A stretch of 64,000 nucleotides of DNA. Origin: Clostridia bacterium. Lineage in GTDB: Bacteria; Bacillota; Clostridia; Christensenellales; CAG-138. The stretch spans positions 1,153-65,152 of the forward strand of contig JAUNBM010000004.1 in NCBI GenBank assembly GCA_030527115.1, in the 5' to 3' direction. A model generated the notes under the pieces. That model saw nothing but the letters and a program-made list of their open reading frames with translations. It did no database searches and was not told the origin of the DNA. The translations under genes and the position numbers were made by a program. Shown here in pieces: positions 46,677 to 56,207 of this stretch (positions within the stretch are counted from its first letter, which is position 1; the number at the start of each line of letters is the position of its first letter).

Positions 46677-48245
46677 TCATGCTTCAAAAAGGGTTTCGCC
46701 ATCCTTGATTGTTTTCAAAACCCGAATTTCCTTTATCCGCTCCTTGGGCTTTTTTAGCGGGTTTTCACTCAAAACGACGAGATCCTCGCGCTTGCCGCAA
46801 TTAAGACTGCCCCGCTCCCTCTCCATGAAATATTGATAAGCGGCGTTTATCGTAACCGCTTTCAGCGCCTCCCAAACGGGAACCGCCTGTTCCTGCCCCA
46901 ATACGACCCCTTTTTCGCTGAGGCGGTTTGCCGCGCACCAGACCGTTTCGAGCATATCCGGCTCGACTACCGGCGCGTCCTGATGGAAGGTGAACGGGAT
47001 TCCGAGCCGGAGCGCCGAACCAGCGGGCGAAAGCAGGGCGGCGCGGTCGTAGCCGAGGTTCTCAATATGCGCATCCCCGAAGTGGTAAGCGTGAGCGATG
47101 AAAAACGAGGGAATTATGCCCTCCCTCTTTACCCTCGCGAGCTGATCCTTGCCCAAAAACTGAGCGTGAATCATCACAGGACGCAGGGCTTTGAAGTGCT
47201 TGTAGCGGCGATTGACCGTCTCCACAGCCGTTATGAACTGCTCCGCCGCCGCGTCCCCGTTGCAATGGGCAAGCAGTTGAACCCGGTGGCGCGCCGAATA
47301 TTCGAGCGCCGCCAAAACCTCCTCCGGCTTCATAACCCCATAGCCAACGCTTCCGTCGAGATAAGCCGACTCGCGGCGCATCCACGCCGTCCGGTCCTGC
47401 GGCGAGCCGTCCAGGAAAATCTTTATGCCGCCGATTCTAAACTTTGAGGTGCGGCGCGAAAACAGAGCCTTCAGCGCCCCCGCGTCCTTATAGTCGAGAT
47501 AGGCTACAAGCTCAATATCCGGCATGCCGCTCGCTTGCATTTCACAATAGAGCGGGGCCGCCTCCGCCGTCAGCATCCCCTCCTGCGCCAAAACGATTCC
47601 GTTGGACAGATATTTTCGTCGCGCTGTTCTAATCAGCGAAGATAGCTTGCCCGTTTCCGCCGGAATCCGCTTGACGGCTTCGATAAAGGCTTTCTCCTCC
47701 AGCAGTCCGTTTAGCTCGCCGCTCTCGCTCCGCCCCCGCTTTCCGCCCTCGATTTCGGGCGAGGCGGCGGTTATATTGAGCCGTCTCAGCGCTTCGCTTC
47801 CGAATACTCCCGCGTGCCCGCTCCGGTTTTGCAGAACAAGCGGGCGGTTTCCGCTTATCGAATCCAAGAACTCCCTGTCCACGCGCCCGTCCGCTATCCT
47901 GTCCGGCTCGAAGTTTCGCGCCGTTATCCACTCGCCCGCCAAAACGCCGCGCTCCTTTATAAACGCCTCGATCCGCTCCTTTATTTCAGCCTTACTGCGG
48001 CATCCTAAAAGGTTGGGCTGTGCAAGCGCAAAGGCATAGGCTAAAAAATGCCCGTGCGCATCTAAAAACGCCGGCATCAGGCATCTGCCGCGCAGATCGA
48101 CGCCCTGCGCCTTCGGAGCGAGCGCCTTTAAATCCTCATACCCGCCCCTTTCCGCTATTACTCCGTCTTCAGTAAGAAGCGCCCCAACGGACGGGCAAAG
48201 CTCGTCCATCGTGATAATATCGCCTCCATAGTATAATCTCATCAT
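46677..48245 (-). CDS. amidohydrolase family protein (YtcJ/amidohydrolase-3-like)
   Basis: 522 aa with an N-terminal metal motif (DAHGHF) and a TIM-barrel hydrolase layout. Confidence 0.75.
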   Translation of the reverse strand: MMRLYYGGDIITMDELCPSVGALLTEDGVIAERGGYEDLKALAPKAQGVDLRGRCLMPAFLDAHGHFLAYAFALAQPNLLGCRSKAEIKERIEAFIKERGVLAGEWITARNFEPDRIADGRVDREFLDSISGNRPLVLQNRSGHAGVFGSEALRRLNITAASPEIEGGKRGRSESGELNGLLEEKAFIEAVKRIPAETGKLSSLIRTARRKYLSNGIVLAQEGMLTAEAAPLYCEMQASGMPDIELVAYLDYKDAGALKALFSRRTSKFRIGGIKIFLDGSPQDRTAWMRRESAYLDGSVGYGVMKPEEVLAALEYSARHRVQLLAHCNGDAAAEQFITAVETVNRRYKHFKALRPVMIHAQFLGKDQLARVKREGIIPSFFIAHAYHFGDAHIENLGYDRAALLSPAGSALRLGIPFTFHQDAPVVEPDMLETVWCAANRLSEKGVVLGQEQAVPVWEALKAVTINAAYQYFMERERGSLNCGKREDLVVLSENPLKKPKERIKEIRVLKTIKDGETLFEA

Positions 48246-48273
48246 GGGATAAGTTTGCCCCGCAAACGCGCAT

Positions 48274-49128
48274 TTAACCGTCCTTGAACAGCTTTGCCAT
48301 AAAAGCTTCGGTTGACAGCCCGCTCGGACGGTTGTATCTGCCGAGTCCGAAAAGGCTTGACGGATCCCGCGTGACGATATTTATCTTTTCATAGCAGGTG
48401 AGCGAGGCGCAAAACCCCAGCTCCTTGATGTAAGCTTGAGCTTCGGACGATATTTGCCCGAACGGGTAGGTATAGGCGGTGGGCGTTATATTACAGTTGT
48501 CCTTTAAAAGCTGTTGCGTCCTCTCCGCATCGGAGCAGAATGCGAGCTTATAAGCCTCCGCGCTCTCCCCCTTCATCCTGGCGCTTCCTTTGCGCTTGCC
48601 TTGACGGTGCATATCATAGGAATGATTTTGAAACTCAATCCTGCCCGTTTCCGCCATAAGGCTGATGTCGGCGTAGGACAGATGGGCATAGTTTGGATTC
48701 GGATCGTACGTTTCGCTGTATGCCTCGGTATAGGAACCCACGACGGAAATCACCGCCTTCATTTCCAGCTCCTCAAGGATGGGCAACACATAGGTCAGGT
48801 TGTTGTAGTAACCGTCGTCAAAGGTTATCATGACCGGCTTTTGTGGGAGCGGCTTTCCCTCGGTATAGGCGATAAGATCGGCTACAAATATCGTTTGATA
48901 GCCTTCCCGCTTCAGATACAGCAAGTCCTCCCTTATCGTTTCGGGCGACACGCAATAGTCGCCCCACTTCGCATCGTCCTTTAAAACGCTGTGATACATT
49001 ATTATCGGCAGGCTCACGCTGTCGGCATTCGTATAGAATACCGTTTGCGAGGGCGCGCATCCAAAGCAGGACGGCAAAAACAGGAGCAATACCAGCCCTG
49101 TTGCGATTCTTCTAATCCTATTCATCAT
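48274..49128 (-). CDS. polysaccharide deacetylase family protein
   Basis: A signal/lipobox-like N-terminus is followed by ITFDDGY, HSYDMH and other NodB-type blocks. Confidence 0.8.
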   Translation of the reverse strand: MMNRIRRIATGLVLLLFLPSCFGCAPSQTVFYTNADSVSLPIIMYHSVLKDDAKWGDYCVSPETIREDLLYLKREGYQTIFVADLIAYTEGKPLPQKPVMITFDDGYYNNLTYVLPILEELEMKAVISVVGSYTEAYSETYDPNPNYAHLSYADISLMAETGRIEFQNHSYDMHRQGKRKGSARMKGESAEAYKLAFCSDAERTQQLLKDNCNITPTAYTYPFGQISSEAQAYIKELGFCASLTCYEKINIVTRDPSSLFGLGRYNRPSGLSTEAFMAKLFKDG

Positions 49129-49205
49129 GTATTAGCCTATGACTTCCAAAGCCGGTAAATGACTTTTTTCGATTTGCAACAGCGTGCGGCTCTAAGGCAA
49201 GGCGC

Positions 49206-50342
49206 TCAGAATCTCCTAACCCGGTATCTGCGCCGCGCCAGCGCAAAAACGAGGGCGGTCAGCAACAGCGGCGGCAACGCCGGCCACAGGCCTCCCTCCC
49301 GAATGCTCCAAAGCGCCAAACCCTGCGGCGTTAAAAACGAGAGCAGGCGAACCGCCGGGGATATCTCCCCCAGCTCGAAGAAGCAACCGCCCAGCAGACA
49401 GCTGATCAGCACGATGAATGGGACGAATGCGTCTATCGCCCCGTGCAAGGCGGTCGAATAGGCATACAGGAGGCAGAGCGCGGAGATTAGCGCCGAATAT
49501 ATAACTAAATGCAGGCACTCGAAGAACTCAAGCCCGTCGAGGCACAGCTTTCCGAGGATAATCAAGGCGATGCAAACGCAAAACACCGCGGCAAAATCCG
49601 TTATTAGCCCCAAATCCGCCTCCCGCTTTGAGAGGAGCAGTCTCCCGCTTACCCGCGCGGAATCGGGCGCGGACAAAAAGCGGAGCATCGACGCCGCGCA
49701 AAAGGCTATGAACATCGCAACGATTCCGGCGCTCTTGACATAGACCGCCGAAAACAGGGACGAATTGAGCGCCGTGCGCGCTTCGCCGCCCGACAGGCTG
49801 ATTCGATAATCCGAGCCTCCGCTCTCGCCTGCCGTTTTCAACGCCGCATCTACCGCCTCGCGGCATTCCTCGTCCGTATCGAACAGGTCGCGGCACCGGT
49901 CATAGGTCTCTTGAATCAGCTCAAGCCGCATATGCTCATAATTGACCAGCTCTCTGCCCAGCTGCCCGGAGGAGGAGCCCGCCGCCGTTTCAAACTCAAA
50001 GTTGACGCGCCTGCCCCTTAAAACGCTCTCGCTGTAAGAAGCGGGGATCAGCGCCCAGCCCTCCACCTCGCCGCCGTTCATCCGATCTTGCGCCTGCTCC
50101 GCGCTCTCGTACACAAAGACCTTGGTAGAACCGTGTTCGTTCAGTCCTTCGATAAGCCTGACCCCGAACCCGCCTTCGTCCAGATTGACGATTCCAAAGG
50201 CGTATTCTTCGGCGGGAGCGGCCTTCAAAACACCGCCGACGGCAAGAAAGGCGGCGCATGACAGCGCAAAAACCACGATGACGGAGCCCAGCCCGCCCAG
50301 CGCATATCTAAGCTTCAAAGCCGTGATTCTAACTGCGCGCAT
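49206..50342 (-). CDS. ABC-2 type transporter permease
   Basis: An N-terminal TM segment, a large extracytoplasmic loop and 5 C-terminal TM segments. It is in an operon with the ABC ATPase. Confidence 0.7.
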   Translation of the reverse strand: MRAVRITALKLRYALGGLGSVIVVFALSCAAFLAVGGVLKAAPAEEYAFGIVNLDEGGFGVRLIEGLNEHGSTKVFVYESAEQAQDRMNGGEVEGWALIPASYSESVLRGRRVNFEFETAAGSSSGQLGRELVNYEHMRLELIQETYDRCRDLFDTDEECREAVDAALKTAGESGGSDYRISLSGGEARTALNSSLFSAVYVKSAGIVAMFIAFCAASMLRFLSAPDSARVSGRLLLSKREADLGLITDFAAVFCVCIALIILGKLCLDGLEFFECLHLVIYSALISALCLLYAYSTALHGAIDAFVPFIVLISCLLGGCFFELGEISPAVRLLSFLTPQGLALWSIREGGLWPALPPLLLTALVFALARRRYRVRRF

Positions 50343-51495
50343 AGCCGTCGCTCCTCCCTTTTTTCAAAATCAAGAGGCTCGTCGCAAGCCCAGTTGCGGC
50401 CAAAATGGCGAATATTGCCAGCGTATCGAAACTAAGCGCGGCATAGCCGTTTTGCAGATGGGTTGGAAGCATAAAATTGCCGAGAAACTGCGCCCAGTTT
50501 GGAAAAAGCTGTTTTGGATAGAGGCAGGCTCCGAGAACGACGGACGCAACCAGATAGGCGTTTGAAATCAGCAGAAGCCTGCCGGAATTCTTTGCCGCCA
50601 GCGCAAGCGGAAGAAGGACGAAGAAGCAGGCAAAAAACGCCGCAAACGCCGTGACGACCCCCGCCCCTTTATCATTGCACAGCATCAGGAAAAACGGACA
50701 GCCAACCAGCGAAAAGATTATAAGCGCGGAGATCAGCTTGGACAGGATTGCCGCCGGCATCGAGCCGCCCGCCGCCCTGTAACGGGTGAATATTCCCAGC
50801 TGATATTCCTCCGGAATCGTTTTGACGGTATAGAGCGGGATTAGAAAGCAGAGAAGCGAAAACACGCAGGAATAGAGCATCGTCTGCGTCTGGTTGGAAA
50901 GGCTTTCCACATAGTCGTCCTCGGTTATCCTGTCGACAAGCGTCAGAACGTCCGCAATAATAGCCTGCGCCATCGCATCAACCCATCTGCGCTCGCTCTC
51001 CGCGCTCAGCTCATCGCCGTATCTGAGCAGATACTCCGCCCGGTAGCTCGCCTGCGTCATAGAAATTATATCCAAAATCGGGCGCATCATCGTCTCGCAC
51101 AGGCTCGCCTCCCGCTCCATCTCGCTGTTCAACACGACCTCAACGACCCCGCCCATTTCATATACGTCGTAAAAATAGTTCTTCGGTATCGTGATGATAC
51201 ACGCCGCGCCCCGACTGAGCAACTCCGCGTCCGTCTCGTCCGTTGCCTCGATTATCTCGGAAAACAGCTCGATGCGCTGAAGGTTTGAAACCAGCATCTC
51301 GGTCATGGGAGTTTGGTCTTCGTCGCGAACGGCGATGGGAAACGGCTCAATAAAGCTCCGAACCTCCGCAATCTGCGAAAGCCCTAACTGCATTATGAAT
51401 GCAATTATCAGCGGGCAAACGATAACAAAAAGACCCCTTCCCCTGTTGAAAAAGAGTAAAAAATCCTTCTTTAAACAGCATCGCAGATTTTTCAT
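50329..51495 (-). CDS. ABC-2 type transporter permease
   Basis: Same topology as the neighbouring permease. It overlaps the flanking genes by 4 and 14 nt. Confidence 0.7.
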   Translation of the reverse strand: MKNLRCCLKKDFLLFFNRGRGLFVIVCPLIIAFIMQLGLSQIAEVRSFIEPFPIAVRDEDQTPMTEMLVSNLQRIELFSEIIEATDETDAELLSRGAACIITIPKNYFYDVYEMGGVVEVVLNSEMEREASLCETMMRPILDIISMTQASYRAEYLLRYGDELSAESERRWVDAMAQAIIADVLTLVDRITEDDYVESLSNQTQTMLYSCVFSLLCFLIPLYTVKTIPEEYQLGIFTRYRAAGGSMPAAILSKLISALIIFSLVGCPFFLMLCNDKGAGVVTAFAAFFACFFVLLPLALAAKNSGRLLLISNAYLVASVVLGACLYPKQLFPNWAQFLGNFMLPTHLQNGYAALSFDTLAIFAILAATGLATSLLILKKGRSDGYARS

Positions 51496-52124
51496 GGGTT
51501 TGCAGGCACGATTCTGCCGTTTTCAAGGCGAATCACTTTGGAGCAAAGGCGTTCGACCTCCGCATAGTGATGGCTGATAAACACAACCGAACTGCCCAAA
51601 GACTTTGCCCTGAGTATCAGCCCCTCTATCAGCCGGGCGGACTCCTCGTCCGCGCCCACAGTAGGCTCATCGAGCAACAGAACGTCCGGAGTCGTCAGCA
51701 AAGCCGCTCCGAGGTTCAGCCGCCGCTTCATGCCGCCGGAATACTTATATACCGCCTCATTCGCCACGTCCTCCAGCTTCAGCTCCTTTAAAAGCCATTC
51801 CACGCGCTTGACGGCGGCCTTCTTTGGCAAACGGTAGACGTCAGCCCAGAAGAAAAGGTTTTGCCTTGCGGTCATGGATTCATAGAGCGCAATGTCCTGC
51901 GGCACATAGCCTATCACGGTTTGTTCCCGCTTTGGGAGAGTCCTTTTTCCCGCGCCGGGCTTGTATATCCCGGCAATCACCTTCAGCAGGGTTGTCTTGC
52001 CCGCTCCGTTCGGCCCGATAATGCCTAAGACTTCTCCCGAATAAAGCGAAAGGGAAACCGGCCCGAGTACGGGCTTGTTTCCCAGTCTCATCTCTATATC
52101 TTCAAGAGTGCAAATTACAGTCAA
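51492..52124 (-). CDS. ABC transporter ATP-binding protein
   Basis: It has Walker A (GPNGAGKTT), the signature sequence (YSGGMKRRL) and Walker B (LLLDEP). Confidence 0.92.
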   Translation of the reverse strand: MTVICTLEDIEMRLGNKPVLGPVSLSLYSGEVLGIIGPNGAGKTTLLKVIAGIYKPGAGKRTLPKREQTVIGYVPQDIALYESMTARQNLFFWADVYRLPKKAAVKRVEWLLKELKLEDVANEAVYKYSGGMKRRLNLGAALLTTPDVLLLDEPTVGADEESARLIEGLILRAKSLGSSVVFISHHYAEVERLCSKVIRLENGRIVPANP

Positions 52125-52125
52125 C

Positions 52126-53688
52126 CTATACTCCTAAGTACGCTCCCATAATCATCTCTAAAAGCGGCGATATTCCCTCCTCGAGAACCTCATAGAAGGT
52201 ATAATAATCAACCTCTTCCGGCTCTCCCTCGGGCCAGCTCAGCGTTCCGGGCTCGTCGGTAAGGTGGAGGATCAGCTTAGCATCGTTTATAGCGATGCTG
52301 TCGGGGATTACCAGCCCTTGAATCCTTAGCACCATATCGCTTCCGCCGTTCTCATTCGCGCCCGTCGTGAGCGTGATCGTTCCAAAGCTTTCCCCTTCGT
52401 AATAAATGCTCATCTCGAAGGAACCGTATGCTCCGCCCATGGGGCTTCTTTCGGTTTGGGAATAGTCGAAGTTAGCATCGATCTCCAAATCAAGCTCGGG
52501 GACGGTTAATGATAAACTCCCCGTCAAATAGTCATAGGTCTGCATCTCGAGCGTTAAGACCGACGAATCGAGATTCAATGTGCCGAGCAGATAATCCATT
52601 TCACAGCTTACGGTCTCATCGTCAATGGTAAACGCAACGTCAACCTTAACCACGCGGTCGGCCGCGGTATAGTAAACCAAATCCACCTCCGCATCCTCAA
52701 GCTCCATGAGCACCATCTCCACATAGTAATCATCGAATCCCATTTCCAAGAAAAGGTCGGAGGCCATCATCAAAAAGGCGGTATGAGCCTCCTCGTTGAA
52801 GGTTATCGTGTTGGCAACGCATTCAACCGCATTGCCCTCATAATCTATAAGCTCCGCTTCTTCCACGGTGACTAAGCCCTCGCCGCTCACCAATTCATTC
52901 AGCCGGGCGTCGATCTCAAACAGAAATTCCGAGTCGAGGGACATTCCGCGCATGGCTCCAGAAACGAACATCTCCCCAGGCGCCATCGTGACATATCTTC
53001 CGGAATCCCTGCCTAAAATGGCAAAACTGCTTCCGTCTGATACTCCGGTGAAGCCGACAAGATCAATCCCGCCCAGGGACAGGTCGAAATCAAGTAATTG
53101 TTTATTCTCTTCTACGTTTTGGTGAGCCTCGCCCTCAAGTCTCACAGTTTCGATCATGGACAAAATGGCTTCGACTTCCTCATTTCCATAGGTGTCGACG
53201 TCCGTTAGTTCGAGATACATTTCATAACCGGTCGAAGCGGTTTGCGCCGCGCTTCTGTTCATAAGATAGCCGTTCCACAGCTCGCTCGTATTGTCGAGCG
53301 CAATGCGCAAGGCCTCCTCCGGTTCCGCCTTCCTCGGAGTCTCCTGCTCAACCTCGGCTTCAAGATACCAGGAGCCGTACAGCTTTTGCTTCGCATCGAA
53401 GATTCCCAGCCTCCACATAAGGATTCCGGCGGCCGCAATAAGCGCAACCAGCACCGCGACCGGAATCAGCACCGCCGCCTTGCTTCTTTTCTTCGCCGGC
53501 ACTACAACGGTCTCAACCGGCGCAGCTTCGGCAGGCTGTTGCTCGCCCTGTCCGGCGGTTGGTTCCGCATTGGCAGGCTCGTCGTTTTGAGCCGTCTGCA
53601 CAAAGGGCTCGTCGACGCTCTTGCCGCAGTTCGGGCAGAGGTTTTGCTCGTCGAGCAGGCGTTCTCCGCAAAATTCGCAAAATGGCAT
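52126..53688 (-). CDS. zinc-ribbon membrane protein with large extracytoplasmic domain
   Basis: The N-terminus is CEFCG...CPNCG, followed by a low-complexity linker, one TM segment and a ~400-aa acidic ectodomain. It abuts the ABC ATPase start. Confidence 0.6.
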   Translation of the reverse strand: MPFCEFCGERLLDEQNLCPNCGKSVDEPFVQTAQNDEPANAEPTAGQGEQQPAEAAPVETVVVPAKKRSKAAVLIPVAVLVALIAAAGILMWRLGIFDAKQKLYGSWYLEAEVEQETPRKAEPEEALRIALDNTSELWNGYLMNRSAAQTASTGYEMYLELTDVDTYGNEEVEAILSMIETVRLEGEAHQNVEENKQLLDFDLSLGGIDLVGFTGVSDGSSFAILGRDSGRYVTMAPGEMFVSGAMRGMSLDSEFLFEIDARLNELVSGEGLVTVEEAELIDYEGNAVECVANTITFNEEAHTAFLMMASDLFLEMGFDDYYVEMVLMELEDAEVDLVYYTAADRVVKVDVAFTIDDETVSCEMDYLLGTLNLDSSVLTLEMQTYDYLTGSLSLTVPELDLEIDANFDYSQTERSPMGGAYGSFEMSIYYEGESFGTITLTTGANENGGSDMVLRIQGLVIPDSIAINDAKLILHLTDEPGTLSWPEGEPEEVDYYTFYEVLEEGISPLLEMIMGAYLGV

Positions 53689-53795
53689 GATAAATACCCC
53701 CTTTTTTTAGATTATATCATGCTTTTAAGGTTTTTACAACACGGCAATTCGGTGTTTTCATTTGGAAAGATATGGTGTATAATTGAAGAAAATTC

Positions 53796-56207
53796 TTGGA
53801 GCGCCTCATGCATTCAGAAACGACCTTCTTCAGCGCGGCAATTCCGCTTTTATATATGCTCTGCTTCGCTCTTTGCGGACTCTCCGTTTCCGAGTATGTT
53901 TTCTTTGGACAGAAATTTGCGCGCCGCCTCTGGCTCGGTCTGGCATTGGGGCTCTTTGCCTTTACCTGGTTTCCTTCCCTTTTTGCCTTTTTTATCGGCT
54001 TCACCCTCCTCGCCCAAATTCTTGGACTGCTTCTCGCCCTGGCTCTCGGCTTTACAGCCCTCATGCTCAGCCGCCGGCTCTCGCCCCGAAGCTTTTTCAT
54101 AAAGCGCGACGTTAAGCCTTTGATAATCCTTATCGGAATATTCGCAATCGGCTGTGTTCTTTTCTCCACCCATATACTAAAGAGCAAGGACGGCGCTTAT
54201 TATGTTGGTCAAACCACCTACGGCGATCTTTCGATGCACCTGGGCTTTATCACCAGCATAGCCGAGCAGGGAACCTTCCCCCCGGATTACAGCATCTTTT
54301 CGGGATACCCCATGAGCTATCCCTTCATGTGCGAAACCTCCAGCTCAAGCCTCCTCCTTCTCGGCGCAAACCTGCGCTTTGCCTATCTTTTGCCCGCGCT
54401 TTGGGCATACGCCCTCGTAATCTTGGGCGCTTATAACTTTTTCGAGGGCTGGCTCAAACGCAAGGGGCGAACAGTCTTTGCCACCCTGCTGTTTTTCTTC
54501 GGCGGCGGGTTCGGCTTCCTGTACTTCCTGGATTTGATCAACGCTTCGCCCACCGCGCTTTCCTCGCTCTTGGGCACGGGCGCGAACAACCTGCAAACCC
54601 TGCTGGACGGCTTTTATCAAACCCCAACCAACATTCCCGCCCTTGGGCTTCGCTGGGTCAATCCGATAGTCGATATGCTGATACCCCAGCGCGCCACGCT
54701 CTTTGGCTGGGCGTTCCTGTTCCCCTGCCTCTATCTGCTCTGCGATTTTGTGCGCACCAAACGGCGGCGAAACCTCGTCCCGCTCGGCATTATTGCCGGC
54801 GGTATGCCGCTGATACATACCCATTCCTTTGTGGCCCTCGCCATAATCAGCGCGGCTTATTTCCTCTATGATTTATTCAAAACCCGCGATAAAAAGCTCG
54901 TCCTCGATTGGCTCGTCTATGCCGCAATAGCCGTCGTCCTCGCCCTGCCTCAGCTTGTGCTGTTCACCTTTAAGCAGACCTCCGAAGGCAATATGCTCCG
55001 CATCGGCTTGAACTGGGCTAACGGCACGGACTCCTTCCTCTGGTTTTACATCAAGAACCTCGGCTTTATCTTCCTGCTCGCGCCCATAGCCTTTTTTACC
55101 CTCTCCGGAGACGATCGCAAGCTCTACGGCGGCGCGCTCCTGCTCTGGCTTGTGGCGGAGGTTGTTCTGTTCCAGCCCAACGAATACGACAACAACAAGC
55201 TCCTGTTCATCTGGTTTTTGTTCACTTGCGGGCTGGTTGCAAAGTTTCTCGCCTTTGCAAGGCATAAGCTCCTTGCCGCATGGCAAAAAAAGCACGCCCC
55301 CGAGGACGCTCTGCGCGTTAGAGGCGCGCTCTGCGCGCTATGTCTCTCCCTGCTCACAGCCTACCTCATCATCAAGGCTATCATCGTGCAGTCCAGCGAA
55401 TATGTCTTGGGTTACGGAACCCTCGCGACGATTCTGTTCGTTCTGGGCTTCGTATTGTCGCAACAGTTTTGCGCCGCCATAGTTGAGATAAAAAAAGGCG
55501 CGGTGAGTTCCTTTCTCCCCCGCCTGCTCAGCGCGGCGTTTTCATCCGCCCTCGTTATCATCCTGCTCCGGCGCTTGTCAGCCTATTACGGCAGCGGCTT
55601 GAACGGCGTTAACGTCAGCGCGCCTCTGCTCACGATGCTCGCCTGCCTCGCGCTCGCGGCTCAAATTCTCAGCGCCTTCACCTCCGATGCGCGCCTCCCC
55701 TCCCTGCCCTTTAAAAACCCTTGGGCCTTGGGCGCGGTTTCCTTAACGACCTATCTGCTCTGCGTTTCGCTGTTCCTCTCCGGAGCAATGACCATAGCCC
55801 GCGAATACAAGAGCGAATACATGGCTTTCAACAACTCCGAGATAGAAGCCGCCACCTTCATTTTGGAAAACACCGACGCCGACGCCGTCTTTCTTACCGA
55901 TTATTCGTGGCATCTCAATCCGGTTTCAGCCCTCTCCGGCAGGAGCATAGTATGCGGAACCGATACCTTCCTTTATTTCCACGGGATAGACACCACCGAA
56001 CGCAAGGAGGATATTGCCTCCATGTTCAGCTATCCCTCCCTCTCGCAAGACCTGTTTGAAAAATACGGGGTGGACTACGTTTATATCGGAAGCTCTGAGC
56101 GCTCCAGCTCCAACTATAATTGTGATTCGGACTATTTTTCCTCAAACTACGCCGAAGTCTATAACTCCGGCGGAATCGCTATCTACGATTTAAACCGTCC
56201 GCTGTAA
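53796..56207 (+). CDS. large polytopic membrane protein, possible GT-C-type glycosyltransferase
   Basis: More than 15 hydrophobic segments and a soluble C-terminal domain. The functional call is only by architecture. The start is uncertain (TTG 53796 or ATG 53808). Confidence 0.45.
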   Translation: MERLMHSETTFFSAAIPLLYMLCFALCGLSVSEYVFFGQKFARRLWLGLALGLFAFTWFPSLFAFFIGFTLLAQILGLLLALALGFTALMLSRRLSPRSFFIKRDVKPLIILIGIFAIGCVLFSTHILKSKDGAYYVGQTTYGDLSMHLGFITSIAEQGTFPPDYSIFSGYPMSYPFMCETSSSSLLLLGANLRFAYLLPALWAYALVILGAYNFFEGWLKRKGRTVFATLLFFFGGGFGFLYFLDLINASPTALSSLLGTGANNLQTLLDGFYQTPTNIPALGLRWVNPIVDMLIPQRATLFGWAFLFPCLYLLCDFVRTKRRRNLVPLGIIAGGMPLIHTHSFVALAIISAAYFLYDLFKTRDKKLVLDWLVYAAIAVVLALPQLVLFTFKQTSEGNMLRIGLNWANGTDSFLWFYIKNLGFIFLLAPIAFFTLSGDDRKLYGGALLLWLVAEVVLFQPNEYDNNKLLFIWFLFTCGLVAKFLAFARHKLLAAWQKKHAPEDALRVRGALCALCLSLLTAYLIIKAIIVQSSEYVLGYGTLATILFVLGFVLSQQFCAAIVEIKKGAVSSFLPRLLSAAFSSALVIILLRRLSAYYGSGLNGVNVSAPLLTMLACLALAAQILSAFTSDARLPSLPFKNPWALGAVSLTTYLLCVSLFLSGAMTIAREYKSEYMAFNNSEIEAATFILENTDADAVFLTDYSWHLNPVSALSGRSIVCGTDTFLYFHGIDTTERKEDIASMFSYPSLSQDLFEKYGVDYVYIGSSERSSSNYNCDSDYFSSNYAEVYNSGGIAIYDLNRPL

